Source: Octopus sinensis (lineage: Eukaryota). Taken from it: a stretch of 64,000 nucleotides of DNA. The stretch is from NCBI RefSeq assembly GCF_006345805.1, contig NC_042998.1, positions 21,452,001-21,516,000 on the forward strand, in the 5' to 3' direction. Below are positions 37,170 to 51,537 of the stretch, in pieces. The first letter of the stretch is position 1, and every line of letters starts with the position of its first letter. A program made the translations under genes and the position numbers. Below the pieces are notes generated by a model, which was not told where the DNA came from, ran no database searches, and saw nothing but the letters and a program-made list of their open reading frames with translations.

Positions 37170-38045
37170 TCAAGAACAATCTAACTTAGAAAGGGATGCG
37201 TGCGTTCCGTCATGTAATATATTAATAAATAAAACATATGCATATATATATATATACATATATGCACGTACCTACCTCTACATGTATACACGCATATATG
37301 AGTACAGGACACCAAAAAAAATGTCGAACACAATGAGAAACGAAAACATAGACACAAACCCAAGGAACTAGACATTTTTCTTAAACAACAAAAAAATGGA
37401 GTACAGGACAAATAACACAAGGAAAAAAACCCTTCTTCAGTCGCCATGGTTTCATCCACTCTACGTTTCGAAGCTGAAGGCGGGACGTATCTTCGATAGA
37501 AACTTTCCTTCCTGCGAAAAGCAAATCAAATAAAATTTGAGATCCTTTTGCAGAGGGGTAAAAATGGTAAAAAAAACAGGACAGTAACGACAATACAAAA
37601 TATAAGCAGTAAAAGACAGGACAAAGAAAATGACACGACAAGAAGGGCTGTTAAGCCGAACGAAAAATGTATTACGAACGCTGTTCCCGTGAAGGGAGCA
37701 AAGAAAATTGCCATCCACACCTCAAGAAGGTCAGGCGAGAAAGAAGGTGGCAAGGCTCTCGTCGCGGGTTAACGGCAGGAGGGAGGGGGAGGAGTAATAG
37801 AAAGGGAGAGAAGAAAGGGGAATGGTTGTGAGGAAACCAGAAAGAATGAAGAATGAGAGAGAGGGAGAGACAGTTAAGTAAAAGAAAAGGAAATCAAAGA
37901 ATGAAGGCAGAGAAAGGGAGGGGACAGAAAGGTTAAGAGTGCGCATAAAAATTAATATCAAGAACAATCTTACTTAGAAAGGGATGCGTGCGTTCTGTCA
38001 TATAATATATTAATAAATAAAACATATGCATATATATATATATAT
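37170..38045 (-). mobile_element. PLE-type terminal region with an ~80-bp direct repeat and a decayed hammerhead (~37455-37500)
   Basis: caagaacaatct(a/t)acttagaaagggatgcgtgcg at 37171 and ~37959; minus strand ...GAAAcGTAgag. Confidence 0.4.
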
Positions 38046-38153
38046 AGAGAGGTAGGTACGTACATATATGTATATATATATGCATATGTTTTATTTATTA
38101 CTTAATATATATAATTATATATATATGTGTGTATATATATATATATATACATA

Positions 38154-38245
<92 letters not shown>

Positions 38246-38267
38246 CATATATAATATAATATATATA

Positions 38268-39892
38268 CAGTTGCGGCCAAAATGTTCAGAATGGCATTGT
38301 TTTCGTCAGAAAAGTAGATATAATTTTTTATCAAAGTTGTTTTATGTTCTATGATTTTCACAGATAATAAATACGATATTATTTTTATTGCCTGAGATTT
38401 TGGTGTCATTTAAGATGATAATAAAAAAGTTATAGATGATTTAGCGATTTCCTGCAAAACCCATGGCGGCCAAAAGGATCAGAACGGTTGCTTTTACTCC
38501 GTGTTTTAGTATATTTAACCGGCGAACTCTAATGTTTTGAATTTGTTTACGTGACGGTTCATTTACTAAACATTAGTATGAATATTTGCAGTGTACTTTG
38601 TTAATGTAATGCCACTTACTCCGTTACCAATTCGTCAGCAGATTATTAAGCTACGAAGGAAGGATAATTTAAGTATTGGATCTATTGCAAAGATTGTTAA
38701 CAAGTTAAAAAGTATTGTACACGGTATTCTTAAGGTCTGCGATGATTGTGGTTCGTGTGAAGCAAGAAAGTTTACAGGTAGGCCCAGAAAAACGACCAAG
38801 AGAGAAGATCGTGCTATGGTAAAGTTCGTTGAAAAGGACAGATTTAAAACTGCTGCTGCTGTTTCTCGGGAAATGAGCATTGTATTGAAGAAAACTTTAT
38901 CTCGAAAAACTGTGTCTCGTCGTTTAGTTGAACATGACCTACAAGCAAGATCACCTGCAGTGAAGCCACTGATCAGCTCCATGAATAAAAAGTGTCGTCT
39001 TACCTTTGCAACCGAACATGTGTTGTGGACTCAAGAAAAATGGCAAACGGTGCATTTTAGTGATGAATCTAAGTTTATGTTATTTGGCTCAGATGGGAAA
39101 AGGTACGTTCGTAGAAAAGTAGGTGAAAAGTTGTCGCCTAAATGCCTTAAGACTAGTGTTAAATTCGGTGTTGGTAGTGTCATGGTTTGGGGAATGATAT
39201 CTGGAGATGGTGTGGGCCCTTTGGTGCGATTACATGGAAAGGCAAATGCAGGAGTTTATAAACAACTTGTAAAAGATCATGTCTTGCCTGTGCTGAGAAA
39301 TTCAACTAAGCGACCACTCATATTCATGCAGGACAATGCCCAATGTCACAAGGCTAAGGTGGTCATGAACTTCCTCACGGCTGAAAAGGTTATTGTTATG
39401 GATTGGCATGCTCAAAGCCCAGATCTCAATCCTATTGAAAATGTATGGAATATTCTAGGAGAAAGTTCGAAAGCCAGAAATCCTAAAACAACTGAGCAAT
39501 TATGGAATGCCCTTCAGGAAGAATGGAATAAGATCACCCAGCAAGAAATTGAAAATTTAATTTCCTCATGCAGTCGAAGATGTCAGAGTGTGATTGAAGC
39601 TAAAGGGCTTCACACTAAATATTAAATAATTCCAGTATCCTCTGTGATATTTGATTATTTTATTTTTTCAACCGTTCTGATCATTTTGGCCGGCATGGGT
39701 TTTGCAGTAAATCACTAAATCATCCATAACTGTTGTATTATCCTCTCAAATTACACTAAAATCTCAGACAATAACAAATAATATTGTATTTATTGACTGT
39801 GAAAATTATAAAATATAAAACTACTTTGATAAAAACTTATACTTACTTTTCTGACGAAAACAATGCCGTTCTGAACATTTTGGCCGCAACTG
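38268..39892 (+). mobile_element. Full-length Tc1 transposon, long TIRs with inner direct repeats, inserted in (TA)n
   Basis: cagttgcggccaaaatgttcagaa.../...ttctgaacattttggccgcaactg, TA on both sides; inner ggcggccaaaaggatcagaacggttg (~38465) mirrored at ~39670. Confidence 0.95.
38591..39625 (+). CDS. Tc1 transposase, uninterrupted (first ATG at 38609)
   Basis: HTH N-terminus; FSDESKF, QDNAQCH, SPDLNPIENVW; 34 residues between the second D and E. Confidence 0.95.
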   Translation: MYFVNVMPLTPLPIRQQIIKLRRKDNLSIGSIAKIVNKLKSIVHGILKVCDDCGSCEARKFTGRPRKTTKREDRAMVKFVEKDRFKTAAAVSREMSIVLKKTLSRKTVSRRLVEHDLQARSPAVKPLISSMNKKCRLTFATEHVLWTQEKWQTVHFSDESKFMLFGSDGKRYVRRKVGEKLSPKCLKTSVKFGVGSVMVWGMISGDGVGPLVRLHGKANAGVYKQLVKDHVLPVLRNSTKRPLIFMQDNAQCHKAKVVMNFLTAEKVIVMDWHAQSPDLNPIENVWNILGESSKARNPKTTEQLWNALQEEWNKITQQEIENLISSCSRRCQSVIEAKGLHTKY

Positions 39893-39925
<33 letters not shown>

Positions 39926-39934
39926 ATATATGAG

Positions 39935-40920
39935 AGAGATTGGAAAATATTCATGGTGACAGGTATGCCTACGTAAGTTCAACACTCGATTCGATAATAA
40001 TACGTGGAATTTTCAGGACATTTATAAAGAGAAAATTTGTCTTACAGCTGTTTCTGAGGTATTATGGATATGCCTTCATCAAAGATGATGTGTGATGGGG
40101 GAAATAGAGGGAAATACTAGAGTCCAATATTAGAAGTTATATTGGATAAGGATGGAAATAAGTAGAATGCGAAAATAAGAGAATAAAAGTAAAAATAAAA
40201 ATATATGTTGCATGTTATGGTTGCAGTTCCACTATCCAAAGACGGTTGTGTGTAGAAGTGGTACAAACACTTCTTGTCCATGGTATGTATATTTCGATAA
40301 ATAAGAGTTCCAAGTTTATCATTACAAATGGAATGTGTGGATACGTAGATTCCATGTGCTATTCGTTCGAAGCGGTCCGATGGTGTGAGTGAAATTTTGA
40401 GAAAGTAGTGGTAGTATTAAGTAGATAGAGAGGAGAGAAAAGATGTGAATACTAAAATGGGGAGAATGGTGAAAAGGAATAGGTGAAAAAGAAGAAAGAA
40501 AGAAAAAAAGAAAGAAAGAAAGAAAGAAAGAGGAAGATGAAAGGGAAAAAGAAGTGTTAGTTGGTGGTGAAGATATTATGCGGAGGATGGGAAAGAAGAA
40601 GGAGAGGGATAGGAAAAGATAAGAATGTAAATAATGAATATGTGTGGAGAGTAAGGTAGAGAGATGAGTACAGGAAATGGCACAGTGGGATGGGGATTAC
40701 TGAAGTGAGGAGTAAACCTCAAATAGGAAGGAAAAATAAGATATAATGGTCAGGTTTCCATAAATAGACGGAGGTGTTTATTGTACTGCCTAATGTGATA
40801 GTGGGGCTAAGTAATCAGAGAGAGGAACAGAGCAGTGTATAATAATATATGCACGCACGCATGCACATACATATACGTGTGTATAATCACTATCATATAG
40901 GCCCGCATACTTATATATTA
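39935..40920 (-). mobile_element. PLE-type remnant with hammerhead-like motif (40040-40086)
   Basis: Minus strand tct-TTGATGA-agg...cctca-GAAA-cagct-GTA-aga. Confidence 0.45.
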
Positions 40921-40952
40921 AACCCATACGCATATATACGTATATATATATA

Positions 40953-41146
40953 TATTTCTTTATTACCTACAGGGGCTAAACATAGAGGGGACAAATAAGG
41001 ATAGACAAAGGGATTAAATCGATTACATTGACCCCAGTGCGTAACTGGTACTTATTTAAACGACCACGAAAGGATGAAAGGGTAAGTTGACCTGGGAGAA
41101 ATTTGAACTCAAAACGGCAGGCGAAATGCCGCTAAGCATATATATG

Positions 41147-41187
<41 letters not shown>

Positions 41188-42140
41188 ATGATCATATGTG
41201 TGTGTCTACGAATGTATGTATATTTGCTTATGTGATTGCATTCCAGCATGTGTGTGCATAATTGCGAATGTGTGGTGTGGAGGTTTTTTGAATGGGGACG
41301 CGTCTGTGTTTATGTTAGCGTGTGTGCATGTGTTATTATTATAGGTGAAATGGAAAGCAGCGAGTTGGAAAAATCGTTAGCGCACTGCGCGAAATGCTAT
41401 GCGGTATTATGTCTGCAGTTACCTTCTGAGTTCAAATTATGCCGAGGTCGACCTTGCCTTTCATCCTTTCGGGGTCGATAAAATTAGTACCAGTTAAGCA
41501 TTGGGATCGATGTAGTTGACTTAATCCCTTCCCCAAAATTTGAGGCCTTGTAGAATGGATTATATTTGGCGAAATGTCCCTCTCGAAAAACACAAATTTG
41601 TTTCAACACACCAGTTCACATAAAGGATTGCAAACGAAAAAAAATACGAAGTATAAATATATATATGTATGTATATGTATATATATATATACATATATAT
41701 AAATAGATGAGTGTATTTTACCTTGTTAACAATTAACACGGAAAAATAATATTTCACTTTCCCGAAGAGAAGATTGCATTGTTTATACCTTTTATTCTTT
41801 TGAATAAGTATCAGTGGAATTTTCGAAACATATGTAGAAAGTAAAAATACTTTTTTAAACCTGCGTTAACTCCATTTTTTATTCTATATATATATATATA
41901 TATATATAAACATGTAATATATATATATATAATATATAAAAACACATATATTATATATATATATATATATATATAATATTTAATCATATCAAAGGGAAAG
42001 GGAATGAATAGAAATTTTCACTTCCAGTGGCCTTGCGTGTAAAAATTTAATCCAAAAATCTATGTATTAGTCATAAAAAACATTGTACATTCAAACACAT
42101 AAGGAATCCACTCGTGGGATTCAACATGCTTGAGAGAACA
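40953..42140 (+). repeat. Segment duplicated at 44747-48010, where the copy is interrupted by a 2.25-kb insertion
   Basis: Near-identical gtgattgcattccagcatg...aaaatacgaagtat and atttaatcatatcaaagggaaag...cactcgtgggattcaac blocks. Confidence 0.85.
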
Positions 42141-42655
42141 GCTAGGTTCTATAACCACAAAATTAGGGATAAAATTCGACAGGAACCAAATGGAAAAATA
42201 AAAACATTTTACCATCTAATTTCCTTGACCAATTGGTTTCTGATTTTAGTTTAGCAAGTAAATAATTTTTACTCGCGAGGTGAAATTGTTATTAACAGGG
42301 ATTAAATATCATAAGTTTTTGGATAATTTTCAGTTGTAAAAGTTGGCATTTTTTTTATTGTCGGAGAAGGACTGCGTCTGCGCATGTAGATTTTCAAAAA
42401 ATTAGGATGTATAAACAAGAGACACATAGTTGATCGCCTCGTGTTTATACATTTAATCGAAGGTGTCCCTGTTGATAGCGATTTCACCTTGCGAGTAAAA
42501 ATTATTTACTTGCTAAACTAAAATCAGAAACCAATGGGTCCAGGGAATTAGATGGTAAAATAATTTTATTTTTCATTTCGTTCCTGTCGAATTTTATCCC
42601 TAATTTTTGTGGTTATAGAGCCTAGCTGTTCTTTCAAGCGTGTTGAAATCCATGA

Positions 42656-42658
<3 letters not shown>
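42109..42658. mobile_element. MITE with ~190-bp TIRs
   Basis: 42109-42302 is the reverse complement of ~42465-42658; right end GAGTG|TA. Confidence 0.8.
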
Positions 42659-42702
<44 letters not shown>

Positions 42703-42751
42703 ATTATATATATATATATGTATGTGTTCATATTATATATACAAAGAGAGT

Positions 42752-42790
<39 letters not shown>

Positions 42791-42791
42791 T

Positions 42792-42854
<63 letters not shown>

Positions 42855-44930
42855 TACATATTCTGTGTACAAATCGAGTTATCTTTAAAGCTCCATGTAG
42901 AATGACATAAGCCAGCCTGCTTCTCGGACACTTGTTAAGTAACTTCTATACCGAGTGGTATCTTTAGATATGCATTACAGTGCAAATGTAAGAGAGATAA
43001 GGGTAAACACAAGTTTATTTTATGGTTTCTACGCGCATTTCACCAATATGATTGTTTGAAACCCAACGATTAGATGGATGGCAACGATCATCATAGTTAT
43101 CTGCAGCTTAATATTCTCTGATCATTTCTTACTCTTGTGCATCTAAGATGTAATTTGAGCACCTATTGCCGGGCTCCAAACGAGCATAATGTTTGAAAAC
43201 GCGCAGGAACCATACTATAAACTTGCATTTGTCCTTACGCCTTACTCTCCGATTTACACACACACATATATATACATATGTTAAAACACGTATATCTTTA
43301 TATATAAAATTGAAGTTGTGTGTGTGAGACTCTGTCCCCTCCGATTTAGATTCCTAACTACTCCCACATTTTGCGGTGCAGTTTAACCAAAAGCGGGTAT
43401 CTTATAGTCGTGATTCATATGGAGCCCTTCTGGGTATTAGCGCGCGTCTACGATGAGTCTACGATGTTAAAAAAAATTACCATCATTTTCCGCATTTTTA
43501 ATGATTTTTGCTCGGGTTATATATGGGAAATAACTCTCTAAAAATGCTTATATAGTTATTTCCCTTACAAACCCGAGCGATACTGCTAGTTTTAAATACA
43601 ATATGGAGACAACGTGTTTGTACGTTAGTTTGTAAATAATATACATGAGTACGTTTAGAAAAACAAGAAAAGCCATTCAACGTTATTTTGCATAGAACTT
43701 TACTGTATCACACGTGAATCGCCAGTTTATAACCGGTGATGTTACCAATTTATATCGGCGTGAGTACGGAGAAGAGTGACGAGTGGCAATTTATAATGGT
43801 GGCAATTTATAATGGTGGAAATTTACCTAATAACAATTAGGTAATTTTATCTATTTATCACGTGTTCGACTTGAAATTATAATGAATATAAATATTTCTT
43901 GAATAGGAATCTGTGGTGATAAATCCGTCACTTATAACTTAATTATAAGTATTTATCATCATCCATAAATCCTAGCTAAGGTTACATAAACGCTGTGGTG
44001 AGTTATATACACCAAGATGCTGAACGTGCATGTATGTTGAAGATAATAAAGCTCACTCTTTTTCACCGTTATAATAATAGTTTCAGTAGTTACAGAAATG
44101 AATTCCAAAAACAGGTTGAAGAAAATGAAGAAAAAGAAATTATTTACTAAACTGATTTATTTACGTACATTTAGTATTTAGAGTACATTTTTATAAGTCA
44201 AAAGAAGATAGTCATTGAGAGTTACGACATAAAATTTATATTAACTAATTCTTCCATAACTAAGCTACAAGAATTTTAAAAAAAACAATTCAAAATAGCC
44301 TTGATGAATTAGACAAAAAACTTGGTATGGCAATAAATAATATCTCAAGAAGGTGTGTGTCGTGTGACAATCAACGAACACTGATTAATTTTCCCAAACT
44401 AAGGGGCTTTTTTAACTGCTCCTATCTGAATTCTACGAACTGTATTTCGTGAAAGATTTCTCTTTGACGAAAGTTAGAATTCGCATATGGGCGGTAATTG
44501 TAACCAATGGGAAACTAATAATTATACCTATTCGGCCAACATGACCGTGACGTCATATTACATATTTCTTTATTACCCACAAGGGGCTAAACATAGAGGG
44601 GACAAACAATGACAGACATAGGTATTAAGTCGATTACATCGACCCCAGTGCGTAAATGGTACTTAATTTATCGACCCCGAAAGGATGAAAGGTAAAGTCG
44701 ACTTCGGCGGAATTTGAACTCAGAACGTAGCGGCAGACGAAATACCTATTTCTTTATTACCCACAAGGGGCTAAACATAGAGGGGACAAACAATGACAGA
44801 CATAGGTATTAAGTCGATTACATCGACCCCAGTGCGTAAATGGTACTTTCGACCCCGAAATGATGAAAGGGTAAGTTGACCTGGGAGAAAGTTGAACTCA
44901 AAACGGCAGGCGAAATATATGTGTGTGTGT

Positions 44931-44963
<33 letters not shown>

Positions 44964-45450
44964 AGTATGATCGTATGTGTGTGTGTACGAATGTATGTAT
45001 ATTTGCTTATGTGATTGCATTCCAGCATGTGTGTGCATAATTGCGAATGTGTGGTGTGGAGGTTTTTTGAATGGGGACGCGTCTGTGTTTATGTTAGCGT
45101 GTGTGCATGTGTTATTATTATAGGTGAAATGGAAAGCAGCGAGTTGGAAAAATCGTTAGCGCACCGCGCGAAATGCTATGCGGTATTATGTCTGCAGTTA
45201 CCTTCTGTGTTCAAATTATGCCGAGGTCGACCTTGCCTTTCATCCTTTCGGGGTCGATAAAATTAGTACCAGTTACGCATTGGGATCGATGTAGTTGACT
45301 TAATCCCTTCCCCCAAATTTGAAGCCTTGTAGAATGGATTATATTTGGCGAAATGTCCCTCTCGAAAAACACAAATTTGTTTCAACACACCAGTTCACAT
45401 AAAGGATTGCAAACGAAAAAAAATACGAAGTATAAATATATATATGTATG

Positions 45451-45504
<54 letters not shown>

Positions 45505-45505
45505 A

Positions 45506-45543
<38 letters not shown>

Positions 45544-46624
45544 ATGTAATATATAATATATAAAATCATATATTATATATATATATACTAGCAGTATCGC
45601 CCGGCGTTGCTCGGGTTTGTAAGGGAAATAACTATAAAGCATTTTTAGAGAGTTATAGCCAAAAAATAGCAAAAAAATGGGAAAAAATGATGGTAATTTT
45701 TTTTTAATCGTTGACTCATCGTAGACATTTTTAGAGAGTTACTTCCCTTATATAATAGCGAAAAAATGCATTAAAATGGAAAAAATGATGGTAAATTATT
45801 TTTAAAATCGTAGACTCATCGTAGACGCGCGCTAATACCCAGAAGGGCTCGATATGAATCACGACTATAAGATACCCGGTTTTGGTTAAACTGCACCGCA
45901 AAATGTGGGAGTTGTTAGGAATCTAAATCGTAGGCGACAGACACACAACCTTACTTTTATATATAAAGATTTTGTTATTATTATATACTAGCAATATCGC
46001 CCGGCGTTGCTCGGGTTTGTAAGGGAAATAACTATATAAGCATTTTTAGAGAGTTATAGCCAAAAAATAGGAAAAAATGCATTAAAAATGGAAAAAATAT
46101 GATGGTAAATTTTTTTTTAAATCGTTGACTCATCGTAGACATTTTTAGAGAGTTACTTCCCTTATATAATAGCGAAAAATGCATTAAAATGGAAAAAAAA
46201 CGATGGTAAATTTTTTTTAAAATCGTAGACTCATGTAGACGCTTTCTTAGCCATTTCTGTTTTGGTGTCTTCAAGCCATGAAGTCGTTGTTCTAAAAGAA
46301 CACTGGTCTCCTTGACAACGCATTACGACGTTGATTTGCTTACACTCCCTTCCCCACAGGTGCAGGTGTGAGCGTGGACGCCAACTCCGCCGCCATCGAC
46401 ACACGAAAAGTTATGCATTAAAATGGAATAAGAAATGATGTTAAATTATTTTTAAAATCGTAGACTCATCGTAGACGCGCGCTAATATTCAGACGGGCTT
46501 GATATGAATCACGACTATAAGCTAACCGAATTTGGTTAAACTGCACCGCAAAATGTGGGAGTAGTTAGGAATCTAAATCGAAGGGGACAGACACTCACAC
46601 AACTACAGTTTTATATATATAGAT

Positions 46625-47040
46625 ATACATAGCGCAGTAGTGGTGAGATGTGACAGCAAAGAAAAGCATACATTCACTCTCTGCATGCAATTAGACTCGG
46701 AAAGTTCGTGAGGAACACATTGACCCAATTTGCTGACTTTTCCGATAGCACACAGGTCTCAATGAATGGTTGAATGACCAAATCCAAGCTTCTCTGCTAG
46801 TTCCTCAATAGTTACGATGAGATTTTGTTCCACCAGGGTTTTCAGGATGTCCTTGTCGAGTTCTACAGATCTTTCAGGATGAGGCTCGTCTTCTAGGCTG
46901 TAGTTTATGGCTCGGGATTTCTGGAACCACCATTGACACTGCCTTACGCTTATTGTCCAATCCCCATATACTGCATTAATATTTCTTGTACTTTGCCCAC
47001 ATTTATATTCTGTTATTCTTTTATATGTTTCAGCCTTGAG
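46625..47040 (-). mobile_element. Mariner transposase 5' fragment
   Basis: TRNINAVYGDWTISVRQCQWWFQK...SLEDEPH...TIEELAEKLGFGHSTIH. Confidence 0.8.
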
Positions 47041-47241
47041 GTTGTGGCCATGCTGGATCATGTGTGTGTGTGCGTGTGTGTGTATCTGTCTGTCTGTCTG
47101 TATGTATATATGTATATGTATGTGTGTGAACAATAATATTTTCAACAGATGTGTTGCAAATGTATCTGATTGTTCTCAAGCTTCAATACTGTGTGTGTAT
47201 GTGTGTTTGTGTATGTATGTATGTATGTATATGTATGTATG

Positions 47242-47273
<32 letters not shown>

Positions 47274-47311
47274 TGTATGTATGTATGTATGTATGTGTGT
47301 GTATGTATGTA

Positions 47312-47342
<31 letters not shown>

Positions 47343-48628
47343 ATGTATGTATGAGTGTATGTTTACTTTATTACTAACACAAGCCACTACGGTTATTTAA
47401 TGTAAAGTCTTCTTCAAATCACTCTCTCTCTCGCTATTTACTCTCTTCCAAGAACATTTTCACTCACTCTTAGCTCTTAGCTTCCCATACATTTTACTCA
47501 TGTATCTATCAGCGTCGTAGACAGAATACTTTTAGTTTAGTCTTCCTCAAATCACTCTGTCGCTATTTACTTTCATTTTATTCGTTGCCCACTGTGTGTG
47601 TGCGTTTGCGTGTGGTGTAAACCAGACTAAGAAAAGCATTTGACACACACCCCAGAATGTGAGTTTTCTGTAAATTTTGCTTAATTGGAGTTTAAATTTT
47701 AAAAACTGGACCTGGCATGACGCGATGCATTGTACTCTTAAAAATGGTAGGTAAATTGTAATTGAAGAAATGCTATATTGTAGATTTGTATAACTCCCAA
47801 AGGGAGGCAGATAAAATCTGCCTTTTATAATAAGAGATATATATAATATTTAATCATATCAAAGGGAAAGGGAAATGAATAGAAATTTTCACTTCCAGTT
47901 TCCTTGCGTGTAAAAATTTAGTCCAAAAATCTATGTATTAGTCATAAAAAACATTGTACATTCAAGCACATAAGGAATCCACTCGTGGGATTCAACACGT
48001 TTGAAAGAACTTCGGCGGAATCTGAACTCAGAACGTAACGGCAGACGAAATACGGCTACGCATTTCGCCCGGCGTGCTAACGTTTCTGCCAGACCGCCGA
48101 TAAAGGTTTATTGAGGTTTGCTACAACAGCATAAGACAACGATTCCCGTACAGAAGGGAGGGAACAAATAACTCGACTAGTTTTTCTATTCATTACTAAT
48201 TCATGAGAAATTTTTATTTCGTTCAATAAGGATAGAAACGTAGGAAGAGAGGTAGAGAGAGAGAGAGGTTTTAGCTACGTATATGGACAATGCAGTGAGT
48301 AATACAGTCAGGTATGTAAATATACGTGGTCAACAGAAAAATATTTACTTTAGAAATACATACACAGACACATACACACAAACACACAACACACATAAAT
48401 ATATGGTTTCGAGTTCAGTCACACTGCGTGACACCACGGGCAGGTGTCTTCTACTGTAGGCTCAGGCCGATCAAATCCTAGAGAGTGGATTTGGTAGACG
48501 AAAACCGAAAGAGGTCCGACGTATATATATATATATGTGTGTGTGTGTGTATGTGTGTATGCGTGTGTATGCGTGTGTGTGTGTGTGTGTGTGTGTGCAT
48601 GTATGTGTATATATATATATATACATAC

Positions 48629-48667
<39 letters not shown>

Positions 48668-48729
48668 GGGAGTAAATCCAAACTTACAGGGAAAAATTAG
48701 ATTTAGAATTAAATCTAATTTTATAGTAT

Positions 48730-48935
48730 AAATATATATATTAAATTAGAGATAAAACCACTATTAGGCAAATCAAATAGTGAAAATCATAAACCAATAC
48801 ATAGAAATAAAATTAATTAATAAAAAATATATAAAATATAAAATTCAAAATTTTAATTATTTAAATTTAAAGTTAAAATTTTAAAAAATATCTAAATTAA
48901 TGATTTATACTTATAAATTTTAATATATATAAATA

Positions 48936-48976
<41 letters not shown>

Positions 48977-50360
48977 ATTATTATTATTAATTTAAAAAAA
49001 AATTTTTAATGAAATATAACTATCAAAAAGTATTAAAAGTTTAATATAAGATAAAGAGTAAAACCACTACGCTCGTTTCATGCCCATAAACCAATTAGAA
49101 TAACAATAATTTAAATTCAATTAAATATTCGAATTATGGTTATAGTCAATCTTCAGGTTAATTATAATATTTAAATAAATAATCAGAAATATTTAAACAA
49201 TATTTTTTAAGAAATAAATAACATATAATTTTTCTAATAAAAAACTCTATTATCAAACTAGAAACTTAACGATTATGATTATGTCATACAATCGATTATA
49301 ATGTTAAATATTATTTTTTAAGTATTAATTTTTAAGGTAAGAAACCCACAAATAATCTAATATCAGTTATAGTCAATATCTAATTACATAAATATTTTAC
49401 ATGAAGAAAAATAAATGACTATTCATATTATTAAATATAATTTCAAGTCAAATAATTATATAATATTTGAATAATAACTAAATTATCAATGAAAATATCT
49501 AAATGTATATAAATATTAGAATTAAGATCTAAAATTATGTCTTTCAATAAAAATATATGCACGTATAACAAAGACCTAATAAATCAATTATTCATTATTA
49601 CTTATAAAATTATAAAAATATTAAAAGATTAAAGTGAAATAGCTAATTGTAAAAAAACAAACAAAAAAACAATCTTAAACGAAACGCTATAACAAATTAA
49701 CGGTCTATATATCTCGTTGGCTAACTAATAACTTTCAAAAATCATATAGTTAAAGTAAAATAATAAAATACTTAATGAAATAATCAATCCGTAGTTATAT
49801 AGTATCTAATAAATACTACAAATATATTTATCAATGGAAAAAATATTACAACCATTATCGATTATAAAAAAAACAAAATATAAGTTACAATAACAATTAT
49901 AAGAAATTTGAATGACTATCAACAATATAGTTATTTAAGACTAAAATTTATGCTATCGATACATGTATATACATGAAACCTAACTTTAAAAAACTCTATA
50001 ACTGTTACTAATCTATATATCTCTTTCACTAAGTAAAGTCTAACGAATAAACATAAATTTGATATCTAATAATTATATAGAAAAAAATACGATAATTAGA
50101 TCATTCCATAACCATTAATATTTATATAAAAACAATATTATACCATAAGACTTATTAAAATATTTAAATTTTAGAATTTAAAAATCTTAAATATAAATAT
50201 ATACTTAGCTTTGCGAGGTTTTAATTAATTTAAATATTTTTATAATTTTTAACTTTAAATTTAAATAATTTAAATTTTGAATTTTATATTTTATACATTT
50301 TTTTGGTTTATGATTTTCACTCTTTGATTTGCCTAATAGTGGTTTTATCTCTAATTCAAT
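48730..50360. mobile_element. Family X PLE-type element with inverted terminal segments; hammerhead on the minus strand at 49062-49160
   Basis: 48730-48930 is the reverse complement of 50190-50360; minus strand CTGAAGA...GAAAcgagcGTAgtgg. Confidence 0.6.
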
Positions 50361-50369
50361 ATATATATA

Positions 50370-51430
50370 TATGGGTATCAAGGCTGCACTACTCCTTGCG
50401 AACCTCATAATGGGCTTCTTCGAACTATCACTCTATGAGATATCACGCCAGAAATTTGGACATGTTTTCCACACCTACCTAATGGAAAACTGGAAAAGTT
50501 ATTTGGATGATTGTTTCATCATATGGAAAGAATCTTATGAAAAGCTTCTGGAATTTAAAACCATACTGAACAACATAATCCCAACATCCAATTCACTATG
50601 GAATTCAGCAAACATCATCTCCCTTTCCTTGATCTCCTAATTATAAAAACACCTAAGAACCAAATCCTAACAGACATCTACCACAAACCTACAGACTCAC
50701 AACAATACCTCCTCTTTAGTTTATGCCACCCAAAACACACCAAGACAAATATCCCTTTAAACTTAGCTAAAAGGGTATGCGCCATTGTCTCGGATCCAAA
50801 GACTCGAGAAATAGGCCTTCAAGACCTAAAAAAAAACACTATTACAACGCCAATATCCCTCCACCCTTATAGAGTATGGAATAAAACGTGCCAAAGAACT
50901 AGACAACATTATACTGAAAACCACCCAACCCAACACACACAATCCCAAAATACTTCCTTACATTTCCACCCACAACCCCAAAAATATTGAAGCATACGCC
51001 ACAATCATACAAAACCTCACTCTACTGTCAACAGACCCAAAAATGAAAAACATTATAAATAGACACAGAATCCTGAAATGTAAAAGGCAACATAAATCTT
51101 TGAAAAAACTCTTAACAAATACCAAACTTCACGCACCACATCCACCCCCAGCAGTTAAAAATGTGCACGCCCAAACTGAGGCACCTGCCCCTTCCTACTT
51201 CAAGGCTCTGAATTTATCTTCAAACAAGGAACGAAGTTTCAAATCAAGACCAACTTCTCCTGTTCCTCCGAGAACCTTATCTGCGTTCTCACATGCACCG
51301 GTTGCCAACATAATTATGTTGGACAAACGAGCCTCCCTTTACGTAAAAGAGTAGCGGTCAATAAAGAACAAATAAATCTCCCAGAATTCCACTAAATAGC
51401 CATACAGATTTATGCACTAAAGACAAAAAT
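50370..51430 (+). mobile_element. PLE 3' half (RT motifs C-E, thumb, GIY-YIG), frameshifted
   Basis: ANLIMGFFE...WKSYLDDCFIIW, LPFLDLLI...DIYHKPTDSQQYL; same family as 22890-24480. Confidence 0.8.
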
Positions 51431-51495
51431 CCCAAATTTTACATATTCTGCTTCTACCAATGTAAAGACGGAATCACCACACAAGAGAGAATTAA

Positions 51496-51537
<42 letters not shown>

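Noticed and set aside
46759-47145. SETMAR-like host gene
   Set aside because: Transposase HTH fragment only, with no SET domain, fused to microsatellite translation
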